DNA of 64,000 nucleotides from Candidatus Omnitrophota bacterium (GTDB taxonomy: Bacteria; Omnitrophota; Gorgyraeia; 2-02-FULL-51-18), in the NCBI GenBank assembly GCA_945877765.1, contig CAMDWQ010000001.1, positions 22,253 to 86,252 of the forward strand, given 5' to 3'. Position numbers and translations under genes: made by a program. Numbering within the stretch: the first letter of the stretch is position 1; every line of letters begins with the position of its first letter. Shown here piece after piece: positions 1 to 9,345 of this stretch. Below the pieces are notes generated by a model that worked only from the letters and a program-made list of their open reading frames with translations, ran no database searches and had not been told where the DNA came from.

Positions 1-940
1 CTCTTCTGAGGCTTTCACCACTGTTTTAAAATTTATCTTTTTGCTGTCACCACCGGCCAAACGATAAATCTTTGAATCCGCATGATCCTTTTGGTAAGCC
101 TCGGCACGAAGAGATACTCCCAGATCAATCGACCACCAAGGCCGGTCCTTGGCCCAAACTTCTAGGTCTGGACTTAAAATATCATCCGGTGTATTAAAAA
201 GCCATTCACCAGAGGCTCCGTTAGCACCACGGTAAACCTCGCCGTTGATTAATATCCCGCAACCATCCCCCGAATAAAAGTAAACGGCGTGTTTGAGGCC
301 TAATTTTGAACCGTACCAATTTTCGGCAAACATAGCCGTGTTGGCATCATTGTCTACAAAAGTGGAAATCCCAAGTTTCCCCTCAAACATTCCATGAATG
401 GAGAAATTGATGTGAAGATCTTGATCCACAAGTCCCGCTTCCCAGCGGACCGAGTTGGAGTCGCGGTTTAAGGGGCCAGGCATTCCAATTCCGATTCCGT
501 AAACCTTTGCAATATCTACGTTGGACTTTTGAATAAGTTCCTCCGCCAGCAACACCATCAGCGGAACCAATTCTTCGCCCGGTTTTAGTGAGCGCTCTTT
601 TTCGATGCGGTGAATCACCTCGCCTTTAAAATTTGTCAGCACTGCTATCATTTTTGTCAGACTGAGACCGATACCGATCGCGTACATCGCAAACGGATTT
701 AAATCTACCAGCGTCGGTTTGCGGCCGCCGGTCGATACATCAATACCCACTTCCTTGATGACGTTCTTTTTGATGTACTGGTCCACATAACTGGTTACGG
801 TAACAATATTCAGTCCAATCAAACGTGAAATTTCAGCGCGTGCGATAGGCCCTTTTTTGCGGATTGTATCCAGAATCTGAAGATTTTTCTTTTCGTGATC
901 CGAAAGGTCAACTTGGTCAAGAAGCCTTCTTTTGGCCATT
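1..940 (-). CDS. ROK family transcriptional regulator / sugar kinase. The N-terminal ~313 aa lie in the window and the C-terminus runs off the left edge.
   Basis: Reverse translation from the ATG at 938-940 gives MAKRRLLDQVDLSDHEKKNLQILDTIRKKGPIA..., a winged-HTH followed by a ROK sugar-kinase fold with GIGIG-type motifs. It is clearly paralogous to the adjacent ORF 948..2174. It is absent from the ORF track because no stop codon lies inside the window. Confidence 0.75.
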
Positions 941-947
941 AGCATAA

Positions 948-2174
948 TTAAATCTCCGCGAAAAGCTCTTGAGTGACAAGACAGATAGCCCCTAGCGCCA
1001 CCGCGTCTTCCCCAAGTCGTGACATGATAATCTTAACAATTCCCGCTGTTTCTTCCATTACCAATTGCTTGACAATGCGTCGAACCGTCGAAAGCATAAG
1101 ATCGCCACCGCGTTCCACGCCACCGCCTAGCACAACCACCTCAGGATTGAAAAAATTGGTTAAATAGGCGACTTTAAGACCCATGCGAGCTCCGGCCTCT
1201 TCCACGATACTTGTCGCCAACAAGTCCCCACGATTAGCTGCCTCATAAACAAGAGCGGCGTCAATTTTTTCAGGGTCCTTGGCAGCCATTTCCGATAGCT
1301 TAGACTGGGCGTCTTTTTTAATCGCCTCTTTAGCTCTACGCGCAATACCTAAATCAAGACCTTCAGATCTAAAAAAATCAGTTTTGTGCACCCAAGGTTC
1401 AATCGCCAGTCCTTCAAGGTTGTCCAGGTTCAACTGGATCTCTCCAGCGCTCCAGCTAGACCCCCAAAAAAGATCGTTATTGGCAATGATACCGCTGCCA
1501 ACATCGGAATAAAAAAATAGGACGTTTTCATCGTCAATACGAAGACTAAGTTTTTTTTCAGCCAGCGCTGCAAGACTTGCATCATTTCCCACGGACACAG
1601 GCACACGAAATTCTTTTTCAAGAATTCCTTTTGCTGTCGCAAAGCTTCCGACCGTCTTCCCACGCATGATATCGGTATCGCGAATCGTTCCCGCGCCACG
1701 ATCAATTACCCCAGAAATACCCAAACCAACACCCTTTAATTTCTCAGGCGAAATTTTTGATTCCTCGATAGCGCGCCGCACCAACTTTACCGCTTCCGCA
1801 ATGGCTACCTCCATGTGACCCATCGGGCGCTTAATCTTTAGCTTATGAATCACTTTGGCGCTCATATCTGAGATAATAGCCACCAAATTGACTGGGCCAA
1901 TCTCTACTCCAATCAAATTTCCCCATTCGCCATTCAATTCCACAAGCTCAGGCCGCCGGCCGCCGCTAGATATATCAAGCCCTTTTTCTACAACAAGTTT
2001 CTGGTCAATGTAATGCTCTACATAGTTAGAAACAGTGACAATATTAAACTGGGTAATACGGGAAATGTCAGTCTTGGCGATGGGGCCATTTCGACGAATA
2101 ACATCCAGCAGAATAATATTTTTTCTTTCACGATCGGTTAAATGATCGCTTTTATAAAGTGAACGATAGGCCAT
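948..2174 (-). CDS. ROK family transcriptional regulator (NagC/Mlc/XylR-like repressor with ROK kinase fold)
   Basis: 408 aa. N-terminal HTH (ILLDVIRRNGPIAKTDISRITQFNIVTVSNYV), then ROK motifs (LIGVEIGPVN, VGLGISGVID, VGNDASLAALAE, GSGIIANNDLFWG). It lies 7 bp upstream of a second ROK paralog, forming a tandem pair. Confidence 0.8.
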   Translation of the reverse strand: MAYRSLYKSDHLTDRERKNIILLDVIRRNGPIAKTDISRITQFNIVTVSNYVEHYIDQKLVVEKGLDISSGGRRPELVELNGEWGNLIGVEIGPVNLVAIISDMSAKVIHKLKIKRPMGHMEVAIAEAVKLVRRAIEESKISPEKLKGVGLGISGVIDRGAGTIRDTDIMRGKTVGSFATAKGILEKEFRVPVSVGNDASLAALAEKKLSLRIDDENVLFFYSDVGSGIIANNDLFWGSSWSAGEIQLNLDNLEGLAIEPWVHKTDFFRSEGLDLGIARRAKEAIKKDAQSKLSEMAAKDPEKIDAALVYEAANRGDLLATSIVEEAGARMGLKVAYLTNFFNPEVVVLGGGVERGGDLMLSTVRRIVKQLVMEETAGIVKIIMSRLGEDAVALGAICLVTQELFAEI

Positions 2175-2323
2175 TATTCCCTTTCCACATCAGCTAGCGT
2201 GATTCAATCGCTTAAATAAATTGCTATTCTTTAAAAAGTACTTAAGCGTGATTATAAATAAATAGAAATAAAATAAATATCGTTAGCTGAATTATAACTC
2301 AGATTACAAAAAAACAAAACAAC

Positions 2324-2360
2324 AAAAAAGACCTTTGTTGCTCAACAAAGGTCTTTTTTT
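2324..2360. terminator. Bidirectional rho-independent terminator (GC hairpin flanked by an A-run and a T-run), immediately downstream of glnN
   Basis: aaaaaagacctttgttgctcaacaaaggtcttttttt: an 11-12 bp perfect stem, with A7 on the 5' side and T7 on the 3' side. It sits 14 nt after the glnN stop on the minus strand. Confidence 0.7.
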
Positions 2361-2373
2361 AAATCTATCTAGA

Positions 2374-4554
2374 TTAAAGCTTAAACAACATGTCGGCGTA
2401 TGAAGGAACCGGCCAGCAGCAAGTAGGCAGCAGCGTCTCTAACGCGTCAATATCCTTACGCAGTTCATTGGCTGCAGGGACCACTTTATCACGGAACGCG
2501 GCAGCTTTTTGATGGGCCTCAGAAACGCTTTGGGCCTTTTTGGTTGCCGCTTCAAGCAGCTCAAGCTTCTTGGCAGAAGAGTCCAAGAGCACCGAAATCT
2601 CACTCAAGAGATCTTTTTGAACCGAGGAAGACACCCCCACCGCGCGCAAACCTGAAATGATCTGAGCCAGCTCTCCGGTGTAACGCATCACCGCAGGCAG
2701 GTACTGACGCTTGACCATCTCAATCGAAGCTCTCGCCTCAATATTAATGTCCTTGGAATATTTCTCCAAATACACTTCATAGCGGGAATGCAGCTCTCCC
2801 TTGGTCAGGACTTTATATTTTTCAAACAATTTAGCGGTTTCAGGCTTAGCCAATACTTCCAAAGCCTCAACCATTGAGCGGATATTGGGAAGCCCGCGCT
2901 TCTTGGCTTCCTTGACCCACTCTTCCGAATAGTTGTTTCCGTTAAATATGATACGGCCATGCTTATTGATCGTCTCTTTAATGATTGCGGCTGCTTCCTT
3001 GTTCACATCCTTGGCTTTTTCAAGGCGAGTGGCAATCTCATCCAAAGCTTCCGCGGTGATCGTATTCAGCACCGTGTTGGGCCCTGAAATTGAAATCGAT
3101 GACGGAACCATGCGAAACTCAAACTTATTCCCCGTAAAAGCAAACGGAGAGGTTCGGTTACGATCGGTATTGTCCTTGGGAAGCGCTGGTAGAGAATCGG
3201 CTCCGATATTGAGGTAGTGCTGGCCCTTGGATTCTGCCTTTTTGCCTTTGGCTAAATCAAAAAGGATGTCCGAAAGCTCCTCCCCCATAAACACGGAAAT
3301 AATCGCCGGCGGCGCCTCGTTGGCACCCAAGCGAAGATCGTTGCCCGTGTTGGCCGCTCCCGCTCTCAATAAATCCGCATGCACATCCACCGCTTTAATC
3401 ACGGCACTGGTAAATACCAAAAACTGCTCGTTGTCATGCGGTGTTTTGCCGGGCTCTAACAGGTTGTGTCCATCATCGGTTGCCAGAGACCAGTTGTTGT
3501 GCTTTCCTGATCCGTTGACTCCAGCAAACGGCTTTTCGTGCAAAAGACAAACCAACCCTAACCTCAACGCGACTTTCTGAAGCGTTTCCATGACCAGCTG
3601 ATTGTGGTCAGCGGCAATGTTGGTGGTAGTAAAAATCGGCGCCAATTCAAACTGCGCAGGTGCCACTTCATTGTGCTTGGTTTTAGCGGAAACACCCATT
3701 TTCCAAAGCTCGATATCCAAATCTTTCATAAAACGAGAAATACGGTCTTTGATAGAGCCAAAATACTGATCTTCGAGCTCCTGCCCTTTCGGGGAAGGTG
3801 CTCCGAAAAGAGTACGGCCAGACGACATCAAGTCAAGACGCTGATCATAAAACTTTTTATCAATCAAAAAGTATTCCTGCTCAGGCCCCACCGTTGCCGT
3901 TACGCGTGTCGACGTCTTGTTGCCCAGCGCACGAAGCACGCGCATCGCTTGCTTGGAAACTGCTTCCATCGAACGCAAAAGCGGCGTTTTTTTATCCAGC
4001 GCTTCGCCGGTATAAGAACAAAAAGCCGTCGGAATAAAAAGCGTCACATCCCCAGAAGAATCTTCTTTTAAAAATGCCGGTGAGGTGCAATCCCATGCCG
4101 TGTAGCCGCGAGCTTCAAAAGTCGCACGCAATCCGCCCGAAGGAAATGAAGAGGCATCCGGCTCGCCTTGAATCAACTGTTTCCCTGAAAATTCCATAAT
4201 GACGCTTCCGTCACCGGCAGGCGCAATAAACGAATCGTGCTTTTCCGCGGTAATACCCGTCAGCGGCTGGAACCAGTGCGTGTAATGTGAAGCGCCTCTC
4301 TCAATAGCCCAATCTTTCATCGCATTGGCCACGACATTTGCTACATCCAGCGAAAGCGGAGCGCCCTGCTCAATCGTTTTGCGCAAACCTTTGTAAGTTT
4401 CTTTTGGGAGACGCTCTCTCATGACTTTGTCATTAAAAACATTAGAACCAAAAATCTTGGTGATGTCTTTGGTGGATGAGGACCGCCCAGCGCTGTGTCC
4501 GTTGGTTCCTAGTACTTGCTTGATTTCATGCAGAGTCGCCATAACAATCTCCAT
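2374..4554 (-). CDS. glnN: Glutamine synthetase type III (GlnN)
   Basis: 726 aa matches the ~730-aa GSIII size class. Conserved blocks [34 protein letters not shown] and the C-terminal extension typical of Bacteroides/cyanobacterial GlnN. It is followed by a terminator. Confidence 0.85.
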   Translation of the reverse strand: MEIVMATLHEIKQVLGTNGHSAGRSSSTKDITKIFGSNVFNDKVMRERLPKETYKGLRKTIEQGAPLSLDVANVVANAMKDWAIERGASHYTHWFQPLTGITAEKHDSFIAPAGDGSVIMEFSGKQLIQGEPDASSFPSGGLRATFEARGYTAWDCTSPAFLKEDSSGDVTLFIPTAFCSYTGEALDKKTPLLRSMEAVSKQAMRVLRALGNKTSTRVTATVGPEQEYFLIDKKFYDQRLDLMSSGRTLFGAPSPKGQELEDQYFGSIKDRISRFMKDLDIELWKMGVSAKTKHNEVAPAQFELAPIFTTTNIAADHNQLVMETLQKVALRLGLVCLLHEKPFAGVNGSGKHNNWSLATDDGHNLLEPGKTPHDNEQFLVFTSAVIKAVDVHADLLRAGAANTGNDLRLGANEAPPAIISVFMGEELSDILFDLAKGKKAESKGQHYLNIGADSLPALPKDNTDRNRTSPFAFTGNKFEFRMVPSSISISGPNTVLNTITAEALDEIATRLEKAKDVNKEAAAIIKETINKHGRIIFNGNNYSEEWVKEAKKRGLPNIRSMVEALEVLAKPETAKLFEKYKVLTKGELHSRYEVYLEKYSKDINIEARASIEMVKRQYLPAVMRYTGELAQIISGLRAVGVSSSVQKDLLSEISVLLDSSAKKLELLEAATKKAQSVSEAHQKAAAFRDKVVPAANELRKDIDALETLLPTCCWPVPSYADMLFKL

Positions 4555-4779
4555 TGGTTAACTGTGTTTACAAAAAACTATTTTTTAAAAAAACTTGGCC
4601 CAATACCGCTGGCTTAAATTACTTCAAGCGCTTCCAACTGTCAATCACTATCAGAAACCACCATTAAACTACCAGTCAATAGTAGCTCATGAAGATAACA
4701 GGTTATTTTCGGATAGGTTACAAATAGATTACGAGCCGCCTTATGGATACTTAAAATTAGCAACTCGTGACTATCGACG

Positions 4780-5547
4780 CTAATTTTTAAGTAAAATTCC
4801 GACTGGGCAGTGATCAGAGCCCATGACATCGGGCGTAATAAACGCATCCGCCAGCCGCGTCCGCAAATCCTCCGAAATAAAATGATAATCAATTCGCCAA
4901 CCGGCATTACGTTCACGCGCCCGGGTCCTCATGTCCCACCAACTGTATTGTTCCGCCGCTTGATTAAACTCACGAAACGTGTCCACAAAACCCGCCGCGA
5001 TCAATCGATCCAACCACGCGCGCTCCACCGGCATGAACCCCGATGTATTTTCATTCTCTTTTGGATTTTTTAAATCAATCGCTTGGTGCGCTGTGTTGTA
5101 GTCGCCGCTAATGACCAACTTCTTCCCTTTTTTCCTGAGTGCCAAAAAATATTTAAGCGCCTGATCATAAAAATCCAGTTTAAATTGAAGCCGTTCTGGG
5201 CCACGGCCGCCATTGGGGAAATAAATATTTAGGAGCGTGAAATCTTCAAACTCTGTTTCGAGCACCCTTCCCTCACAGTCAAAAACACCGACGCCAATTC
5301 CCCTTTTGACAACGAGCGGTTTTTTTCGTGAGAGCGTGGCGACACCGCTATAACCTGGGCGATCGGCGGAATTCCAACAAGAACTGTAACCGGGAAGAGA
5401 AATAATTTCAGCGGGGACCTGAATCTCCTGTGCTTTGATTTCTTGAAGACAGACAATGTCCGGGGATTCGCGGGATAGCCAATCCAGAAAACCCTTTTTA
5501 TGAACAGCGCGAATGCCGTTAATGTTCCAGGAAATAATTTTGATCAA
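4780..5547 (-). CDS. xthA: Exodeoxyribonuclease III (AP endonuclease, ExoIII/Xth family)
   Basis: 255 aa, full-length match to the xth family: MIKIISWNINGIRA, DIVCLQEIK, LLNIYFPNG, GDYNTAHQAIDL, SWWDMR, DYHFIS, GSDHCPV. Confidence 0.9.
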   Translation of the reverse strand: MIKIISWNINGIRAVHKKGFLDWLSRESPDIVCLQEIKAQEIQVPAEIISLPGYSSCWNSADRPGYSGVATLSRKKPLVVKRGIGVGVFDCEGRVLETEFEDFTLLNIYFPNGGRGPERLQFKLDFYDQALKYFLALRKKGKKLVISGDYNTAHQAIDLKNPKENENTSGFMPVERAWLDRLIAAGFVDTFREFNQAAEQYSWWDMRTRARERNAGWRIDYHFISEDLRTRLADAFITPDVMGSDHCPVGILLKN

Positions 5548-6140
5548 AGACTGGTGAGGCTTTTAAAAAGCTCGCCGTATTTTCGCGTTACTTTAAACTG
5601 TGGGTGCTGCTTTAGAATTTTATCGGGCGGGTTAAAAAAAATACCTCGATCAGCTGCCTTGAGCATGGAGACATCGTTGTAAGAATCCCCGGCGGCATGC
5701 ACCCTAAATCCAATACTCTGAAGGGCACGCACCGCCTTTTTTTTACCGTCGGGCTGACGTAAGCGATAGCCAACAACGTAACCGCTGCGGTCCACCTGAA
5801 GGCTGTTGCAAAAAATAGTGGGAAATAAAAGCTGCTTCATTAATGGCATAGCAAACTCATCAAATGTATCGGAAAGAATAATCACCTGATGGCGGGCTCT
5901 AAGCTGATTCAGAAAGGCGGCTGCTTGGGGCAGGGGCTTCATCGAGGCAATCACGCGCTGCACCTCTTTTAGCGGGATACGATTGCGCCGGAGAATCTCA
6001 ATCCTCCGACGCATCAATACATCGTAATCGGGAACATCTCTCGTCGTCAGAGCCAGTTCTTTGATTCCTGTCTTAAGAGAAACCTGTATCCAAATCTCAG
6101 GAACCAGGACTCCTTCCAAATCAAGACAAACAACAAGCAT
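5544..6140 (-). CDS. thrH: ThrH-like HAD phosphatase (bifunctional phosphoserine phosphatase / homoserine phosphotransferase family)
   Basis: 198 aa. CLDLEGVLVPEIWI (HAD motif I, DxD), TTRDVPDYDVLM, IILSDTFDEF, AAGDSYND. End-to-end similarity from memory to Pseudomonas ThrH. Its start overlaps the xthA stop by 4 nt, suggesting co-transcription. Confidence 0.75.
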   Translation of the reverse strand: MLVVCLDLEGVLVPEIWIQVSLKTGIKELALTTRDVPDYDVLMRRRIEILRRNRIPLKEVQRVIASMKPLPQAAAFLNQLRARHQVIILSDTFDEFAMPLMKQLLFPTIFCNSLQVDRSGYVVGYRLRQPDGKKKAVRALQSIGFRVHAAGDSYNDVSMLKAADRGIFFNPPDKILKQHPQFKVTRKYGELFKSLTSL

Positions 6141-6157
6141 TGGACGGCGTTGGCAGC

Positions 6158-6799
6158 TTAGAGACCGTAGAACTGCTTGATCTTCTTATCTTGGTCAGCC
6201 TTAAACACCTTGTACATTTGTTCGCGCTGGTCAAGCGGCATTTTATCCATCTTCTCCATCAACGCTTTTCTCTGACCCTCATAATCCTTGTCAAAGGCAG
6301 TCATTTTTTCTTCTTTTGGCCCAATTTTCATCAGCTTTAATTTGTCCGCTAGCTCCGCACGGTCTGTCTTTACTTTTTCCTGATAATCGCGAAGCACTTT
6401 TTCCTTCGGGTCCGGCGTAAAAGCCTGCAATTCCTTTTCCAATCCCTGACGTGCCGCTCTTACTTTATCGGCAAAATCACGCGCCATCTTCTCACGCTCA
6501 CCAATGGCCATAGAAAGGTATTTTTCCTGAAAAGCTGCTTTTTCTTTCTCAATCTTCTCTGTAAAAGTCCGGATTTCATCGGGTGACTTTTTGGCAAGAG
6601 CCTCCTGGACTTTTCTCTGGGTTTCTGCGTTACGCGCGGCTTCGTCCTTGCCAGACTTTTCCGCCGATGAAGCGAGCGATACTTTCTCGGGTTCAACGGG
6701 ATTTGGCTTTTTATCAGCCGCTCTTGCCTGCTCTGAACCAACGCCACCAACAATAACCAAAGTTGCTAAAACAAACCCCATAAAAAATCTTTTTTTCAT
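6158..6799 (-). CDS. Secreted Lys/Glu-rich coiled-coil protein (hypothetical; signal peptide)
   Basis: 213 aa. The N-terminus MKKRFFMGFVLATLVIVGGVGSEQARA is a Sec signal peptide. The rest is charged, heptad-like and low-complexity. No recognisable family. Confidence 0.5.
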   Translation of the reverse strand: MKKRFFMGFVLATLVIVGGVGSEQARAADKKPNPVEPEKVSLASSAEKSGKDEAARNAETQRKVQEALAKKSPDEIRTFTEKIEKEKAAFQEKYLSMAIGEREKMARDFADKVRAARQGLEKELQAFTPDPKEKVLRDYQEKVKTDRAELADKLKLMKIGPKEEKMTAFDKDYEGQRKALMEKMDKMPLDQREQMYKVFKADQDKKIKQFYGL

Positions 6800-6960
6800 T
6801 TTCTTTTACCCTTTTTGTTTAAAAAATTGGCTATGCTCTTACACTAAAAAGTTCGTGACCGACGAGTACCCTTTTTTAAAAGCAATCGAACGTTATTATG
6901 TCATCCTCGGCCAAAAACATCAATAAAAAACCCAAGTAATTTACCTATAAAATTAGAGAT

Positions 6961-7575
6961 TTATTTTTGCCTTTTAGACCGCAGCCACTCCACAAGGATG
7001 GGCGCGAATGAGAGGAGAATAACGACAAGGATTACCCAGTGAAGTTTTTTGTCGATACCCGGAACCAGGCGCCCCAAGTAGTAACCTACCGAGGTCATGC
7101 TCAAGACCCATAGAGTCCCGCCTATCACATTGAATAGCAAAAATTTTTTGTAGGACATTCGGCCTACTCCTGCAACGGTCGGCGCAAAGGTGCGCACAAT
7201 CGGCACAAAGCGGGCCAACACAATGGTCTTAGCGCCATGTCTTTCAAAAAATTCATGCGTGCGTTCAAGGTATTTTTTTTTGAAAAAAAAGGATTCTTCT
7301 TTTTTAAAAATTTTGGGGCCCGCGCAAGATCCGATCCAATACCCCAGGCTGTCCCCCAAGATCGCAGCGGCTATTAATAAAAGATTAAGCTGCAGAAAAT
7401 CAAATTTTCCCTGAGAAGCTATAAAACCCGCGGTTACCAAAAGCGAATCTCCTGGGAGAAAAAAACCAACCAATAAGCCGGTCTCACAAAAGACGATGGC
7501 CGCCATACCGGTGTAACCAGCCCACGCGATCAGCTGATCTAGATGGTGTAATTTGGAAAAAATTTCATGAATCAT
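6961..7575 (-). CDS. DedA/SNARE-associated (TVP38/TMEM64) family membrane protein
   Basis: 204 aa. The DedA signature GFFLPGDSLLVTAGF plus GAKTIVLARFVPIVRTFAPTVAGVGRMSYKKFLLFNVIGGTLWV, with multiple TM helices. Confidence 0.8.
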   Translation of the reverse strand: MIHEIFSKLHHLDQLIAWAGYTGMAAIVFCETGLLVGFFLPGDSLLVTAGFIASQGKFDFLQLNLLLIAAAILGDSLGYWIGSCAGPKIFKKEESFFFKKKYLERTHEFFERHGAKTIVLARFVPIVRTFAPTVAGVGRMSYKKFLLFNVIGGTLWVLSMTSVGYYLGRLVPGIDKKLHWVILVVILLSFAPILVEWLRSKRQK

Positions 7576-7596
7576 GGATTCCCTGGCAATTTGTCT

Positions 7597-8820
7597 TTAA
7601 TGAACGCGGCTAAAATCGTAGCTAGTGTATTCTCTCTTGGTAATTTTTCCATTGACGAAAGCCTCGTAAAACGCATCTACTACCTCGGGGTCAAATTGAG
7701 ATCCAGCGCAGCGCCTCAATTCCTCGAATGCCTGTTGGGGCGATGTGGCCTCTTTATAAGATCGGGCCGTCGTAATCGTGTCATAGGAATCCGCAACGTT
7801 TACGATTCGCCCGATAATCGGAATTTCATTTCCCTTTAAACCGCTAGGATAACCTTTACCGTCAAATCGTTCGTGATGGTACAGCACCCCGTCCGCCAGA
7901 TTGGTAAGACCTGTCACGGGTTTCATAATATTAGCACCAATAGTGACGTGACTTTTCATGATTTCAAATTCATCGGGATCTAATTTTGATGACTTGTTTA
8001 GAATCTGATCCTTGATACCGATCTTTCCAATGTCATGCAAGAGCGCCGACAGCTGCACCGTCTCCATGAAATCCCGGTCATATTCCAACGCCCCCCTATC
8101 AATCAACTGCTTGGCGATGACCAGACTGTAATGGGAAACACGCTCAGAATGACCATGAGTGTAGCGATCACGCGCATCAATTGCCGTTGCCAAGGCAATG
8201 GATGTATGAATTAAAAGGCTATGCTCCTTGTCGACGGCGGTTTTAAGATCTTGAATTAGCTCCGCGTTCTTAACGGCCATCGCCACATCATTGGCCAGGG
8301 TCACAAAAAGGCTGATTTCGGGCTCATAATAAACTTCACCTGACAATTTGTCCCCGAGAATTAGAATGGCAACCAGTTCATTCTTATAAAAGCTCGGAAC
8401 GCAAATGGCTGCCCGCAAAAAAGTCATGTGTTTGCGTATGTCATCATAGTGGGTCGCGCGGTCTTCTTTCTTATTCACCAGCATTTCAAAATTCTGTAAA
8501 TGGTCAAGCTCATTAAAGATCAAAGCTTCTTTTCGCGCGAAAGCACCGTTATCTCGGGAGTGAAAAAAGCTGACCAAGGGATTGTTTTTAAGGACTCGCA
8601 CATAACCCACGGGAATTTTAGTTCCCCCCTCGCCTTTGCTGTCGATGAGGACATAGGAGTTTCTCTTGCGGTCGTATAGAAGAACCGCGACATGGGTAAC
8701 ACCAATTTGGCGGTCAATAAACCGCGTGATCATGCGCAAGAGCGTGATGGGGTCCTTGACTCGGATCATGCCTTTGGAGGCATTAAGAAGGGCTTCTTGA
8801 TAATCTACGCGAGAATACAT
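7597..8820 (-). CDS. GAF-domain HD-GYP phosphodiesterase (c-di-GMP hydrolase family)
   Basis: 407 aa. N-terminal GAF-like region. C-terminal HD-GYP: HDIGKIGI, HHERFDGKGYPSGLKG, VADSYDTITTARSYK. Confidence 0.8.
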   Translation of the reverse strand: MYSRVDYQEALLNASKGMIRVKDPITLLRMITRFIDRQIGVTHVAVLLYDRKRNSYVLIDSKGEGGTKIPVGYVRVLKNNPLVSFFHSRDNGAFARKEALIFNELDHLQNFEMLVNKKEDRATHYDDIRKHMTFLRAAICVPSFYKNELVAILILGDKLSGEVYYEPEISLFVTLANDVAMAVKNAELIQDLKTAVDKEHSLLIHTSIALATAIDARDRYTHGHSERVSHYSLVIAKQLIDRGALEYDRDFMETVQLSALLHDIGKIGIKDQILNKSSKLDPDEFEIMKSHVTIGANIMKPVTGLTNLADGVLYHHERFDGKGYPSGLKGNEIPIIGRIVNVADSYDTITTARSYKEATSPQQAFEELRRCAGSQFDPEVVDAFYEAFVNGKITKREYTSYDFSRVH

Positions 8821-9222
8821 TTAGTTGGCTGTCAGACCAAGAGCTTTAATTTTTTGAAAGACTGTGGACTCAAGATACTCCAACACCAAAGGTTTGGTGA
8901 TGTAATCATCCGCCCCTAGCCGGCGGGCTTCCTCTATCGTTTCCTCATCTTCGATACCCGTTACCATAATGACTTTTATACCAGGAAACTGTTGCTTTAT
9001 TTGAGGTAGATACTCCATTCCTTCACGAGGCCGGCGCATCGACACATCCAAAATTACAAGGTCTGTCCTGTCTTGGGCTAATTTTGCCATTGCCTCATCC
9101 CCGTTGGCCGCTGTCACCACCTGATAGCCTCGCATTCCAAAAAAAGATTTAACAAAATTGCAAATATCCATTTCGTTATCAACGACCATCAATTTTGGAT
9201 TTGCGCGCATGAAGTTCCCCAT
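8821..9222 (-). CDS. Single-domain response regulator (CheY-like receiver)
   Basis: 133 aa. KLMVVDNE (acid pocket), LVILDVSM (phospho-acceptor Asp), VIMVTG, and a Lys near the conserved position in DDYITKP. Its stop abuts the start of the downstream HD-GYP gene with no gap (8821/8820), indicating an operon. Confidence 0.8.
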   Translation of the reverse strand: MGNFMRANPKLMVVDNEMDICNFVKSFFGMRGYQVVTAANGDEAMAKLAQDRTDLVILDVSMRRPREGMEYLPQIKQQFPGIKVIMVTGIEDEETIEEARRLGADDYITKPLVLEYLESTVFQKIKALGLTAN

Positions 9223-9345
9223 TAAAAATACAAATACTTTTTTCGGTATTATATTAACAAAAGTAACTATTTATTACAAACGATATTAGATTATATCTAT
9301 GGATTCAATTGTTTATATAGGTGTGTTTTGCTTGCGAAGGGAAAT

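Noticed and set aside
4596-4615. TGGCCCAATACCGCTGG resembling a sigma-54 -24/-12 promoter (GG-N10-GC) upstream of glnN
   Set aside because: It is on the wrong strand for glnN. The spacing is off by one and the -12 TTGC element is not matched.
6460-6753. 97-aa Arg/Lys-rich ORF in an alternative frame of the secreted coiled-coil gene
   Set aside because: It is a frame-shifted reading of the same Lys/Glu-rich low-complexity DNA. The in-frame ORF with a signal peptide (6158-6799) is the better model.
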